Below, one piece after another: positions 63,548 through 64,000 of a DNA stretch of 64,000 bases. Position 1 is the stretch's first letter; every line of letters starts with the position of its first letter. The notes beneath the pieces are model-generated. The model searched no databases and was not told the DNA's origin. It was given only the letters and a program-made list of their open reading frames with translations. This stretch comes from an uncultured Eubacteriales bacterium (lineage in GTDB: Bacteria; Bacillota; Clostridia; Christensenellales; CAG-917): positions 1,015 through 65,014 of the forward strand of contig ONYW01000004.1 in the NCBI GenBank assembly GCA_900322215.1. The letters run 5' to 3'. A program made the translations under genes and the position numbers.

Positions 63548-63665
63548 GTCACCACCGGTGACATATCGCATTTGGGGGAACAAATATATCGCATCTTTGC
63601 TTGCAAGGATATATCGCACGCGAAGCGTATATCGCATTTTATTGCGCGACCTCGCGCAATAAAAT
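63548..63665. repeat. Array of short hairpins joined by ATATCGCA linkers
   Basis: GTCACC-acc-GGTGAC, then ATATCGCA four times (63562-63635). These are interleaved with ATTTG-ggggaa-CAAAT, ACGC-gaa-GCGT and ATTGCGCGA-cct-CGCGCAAT. Confidence 0.6.
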
Positions 63666-63735
63666 ATAAATAGCTTTTCTCTCAAATCATTTGCATAAAA
63701 AACTGCTCGCTTTCATACTCTTTTTCAGGTGGAAT

Positions 63736-64000
63736 ATGGAAACGAAAAAAGAGATATTCGTACTAAGCGGAGCAGGACATAAAGGAAGTGTAAAAATTTC
63801 CTCGTTCGAGGAAGACAAAACGCACGTTAAAGTCGAATGCAATTTAGACTTCCGTCCAACCGGAGCAACGCTGTATATCGTCGGCGATGAAATTGCAAAA
63901 ACGGCACTTTATGACAGCAAAACGTCGGTTGAACTGCCGTTTGTGTCAAATTCCGTTCAGGGTTGCGTCGTGCGAACAAGTGCGATAACCATGTTCGGAG
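63736..64000 (+). CDS. Hypothetical protein, 5-prime part, truncated by the window edge
   Basis: My translation is METKKEIFVLSGAGHKGSVKISSFEEDKTHVKVECNLDFRPTGATLYIVGDEIAKTALYDSK... It is open to position 64000. No family recognised. Confidence 0.4.
   Translation, partial: METKKEIFVLSGAGHKGSVKISSFEEDKTHVKVECNLDFRPTGATLYIVGDEIAKTALYDSKTSVELPFVSNSVQGCVVRTSAITMFG

Overview
Chromosomal segment of a roughly 50% GC Clostridia-type (Bacillota) genome. It is densely coding and mostly housekeeping. Recognisable blocks are: coaX plus an Sfp-type PPTase, convergent with an orphan ACP; glyQS; rex; a SCIFF ranthipeptide locus whose 48-aa precursor is missing from the supplied ORF track; a TIGR03960/TIGR03936 radical-SAM pair with RNase G; glcK; a reduced maf, mreB-like, minD, minE, spoIVFB-like cluster; ppx; a complete rnfCDGEAB operon; a 1437-aa repeat-built envelope protein followed by a SpoVB/MurJ-type flippase and DUF421/DUF4363; murC; rplI and rsmI; and a rearranged ribosomal region (rpsL-rpsG-fusA-tuf-rpmG-secE-nusG-rplK-rplA, then an insert, then rplJ-rplL) with no rpoBC. 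No rRNA, tRNA, CRISPR array, transposase or integrase was seen. The least explained signals are non-coding. First, a roughly 125-nt repeat family occurs 3 times, with compensatory changes in two stems, always sense-oriented after a gene. Second, a 20-mer with a GAA/TTC-triloop hairpin recurs, together with arrays of short variable hairpins joined by a GATAT-type linker in 3-prime intergenic regions. Third, about 800 nt upstream of the rpsL promoter is ORF-poor and hairpin-dense. Coding oddities include a 64-aa internally duplicated Cys/Gly-rich peptide, two AT-rich cassettes pairing an XRE regulator with a surface protein, and an isopropylmalate-dehydrogenase-like pseudoenzyme next to the ACP. 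All family assignments come from reading motifs by eye; no database search was possible.
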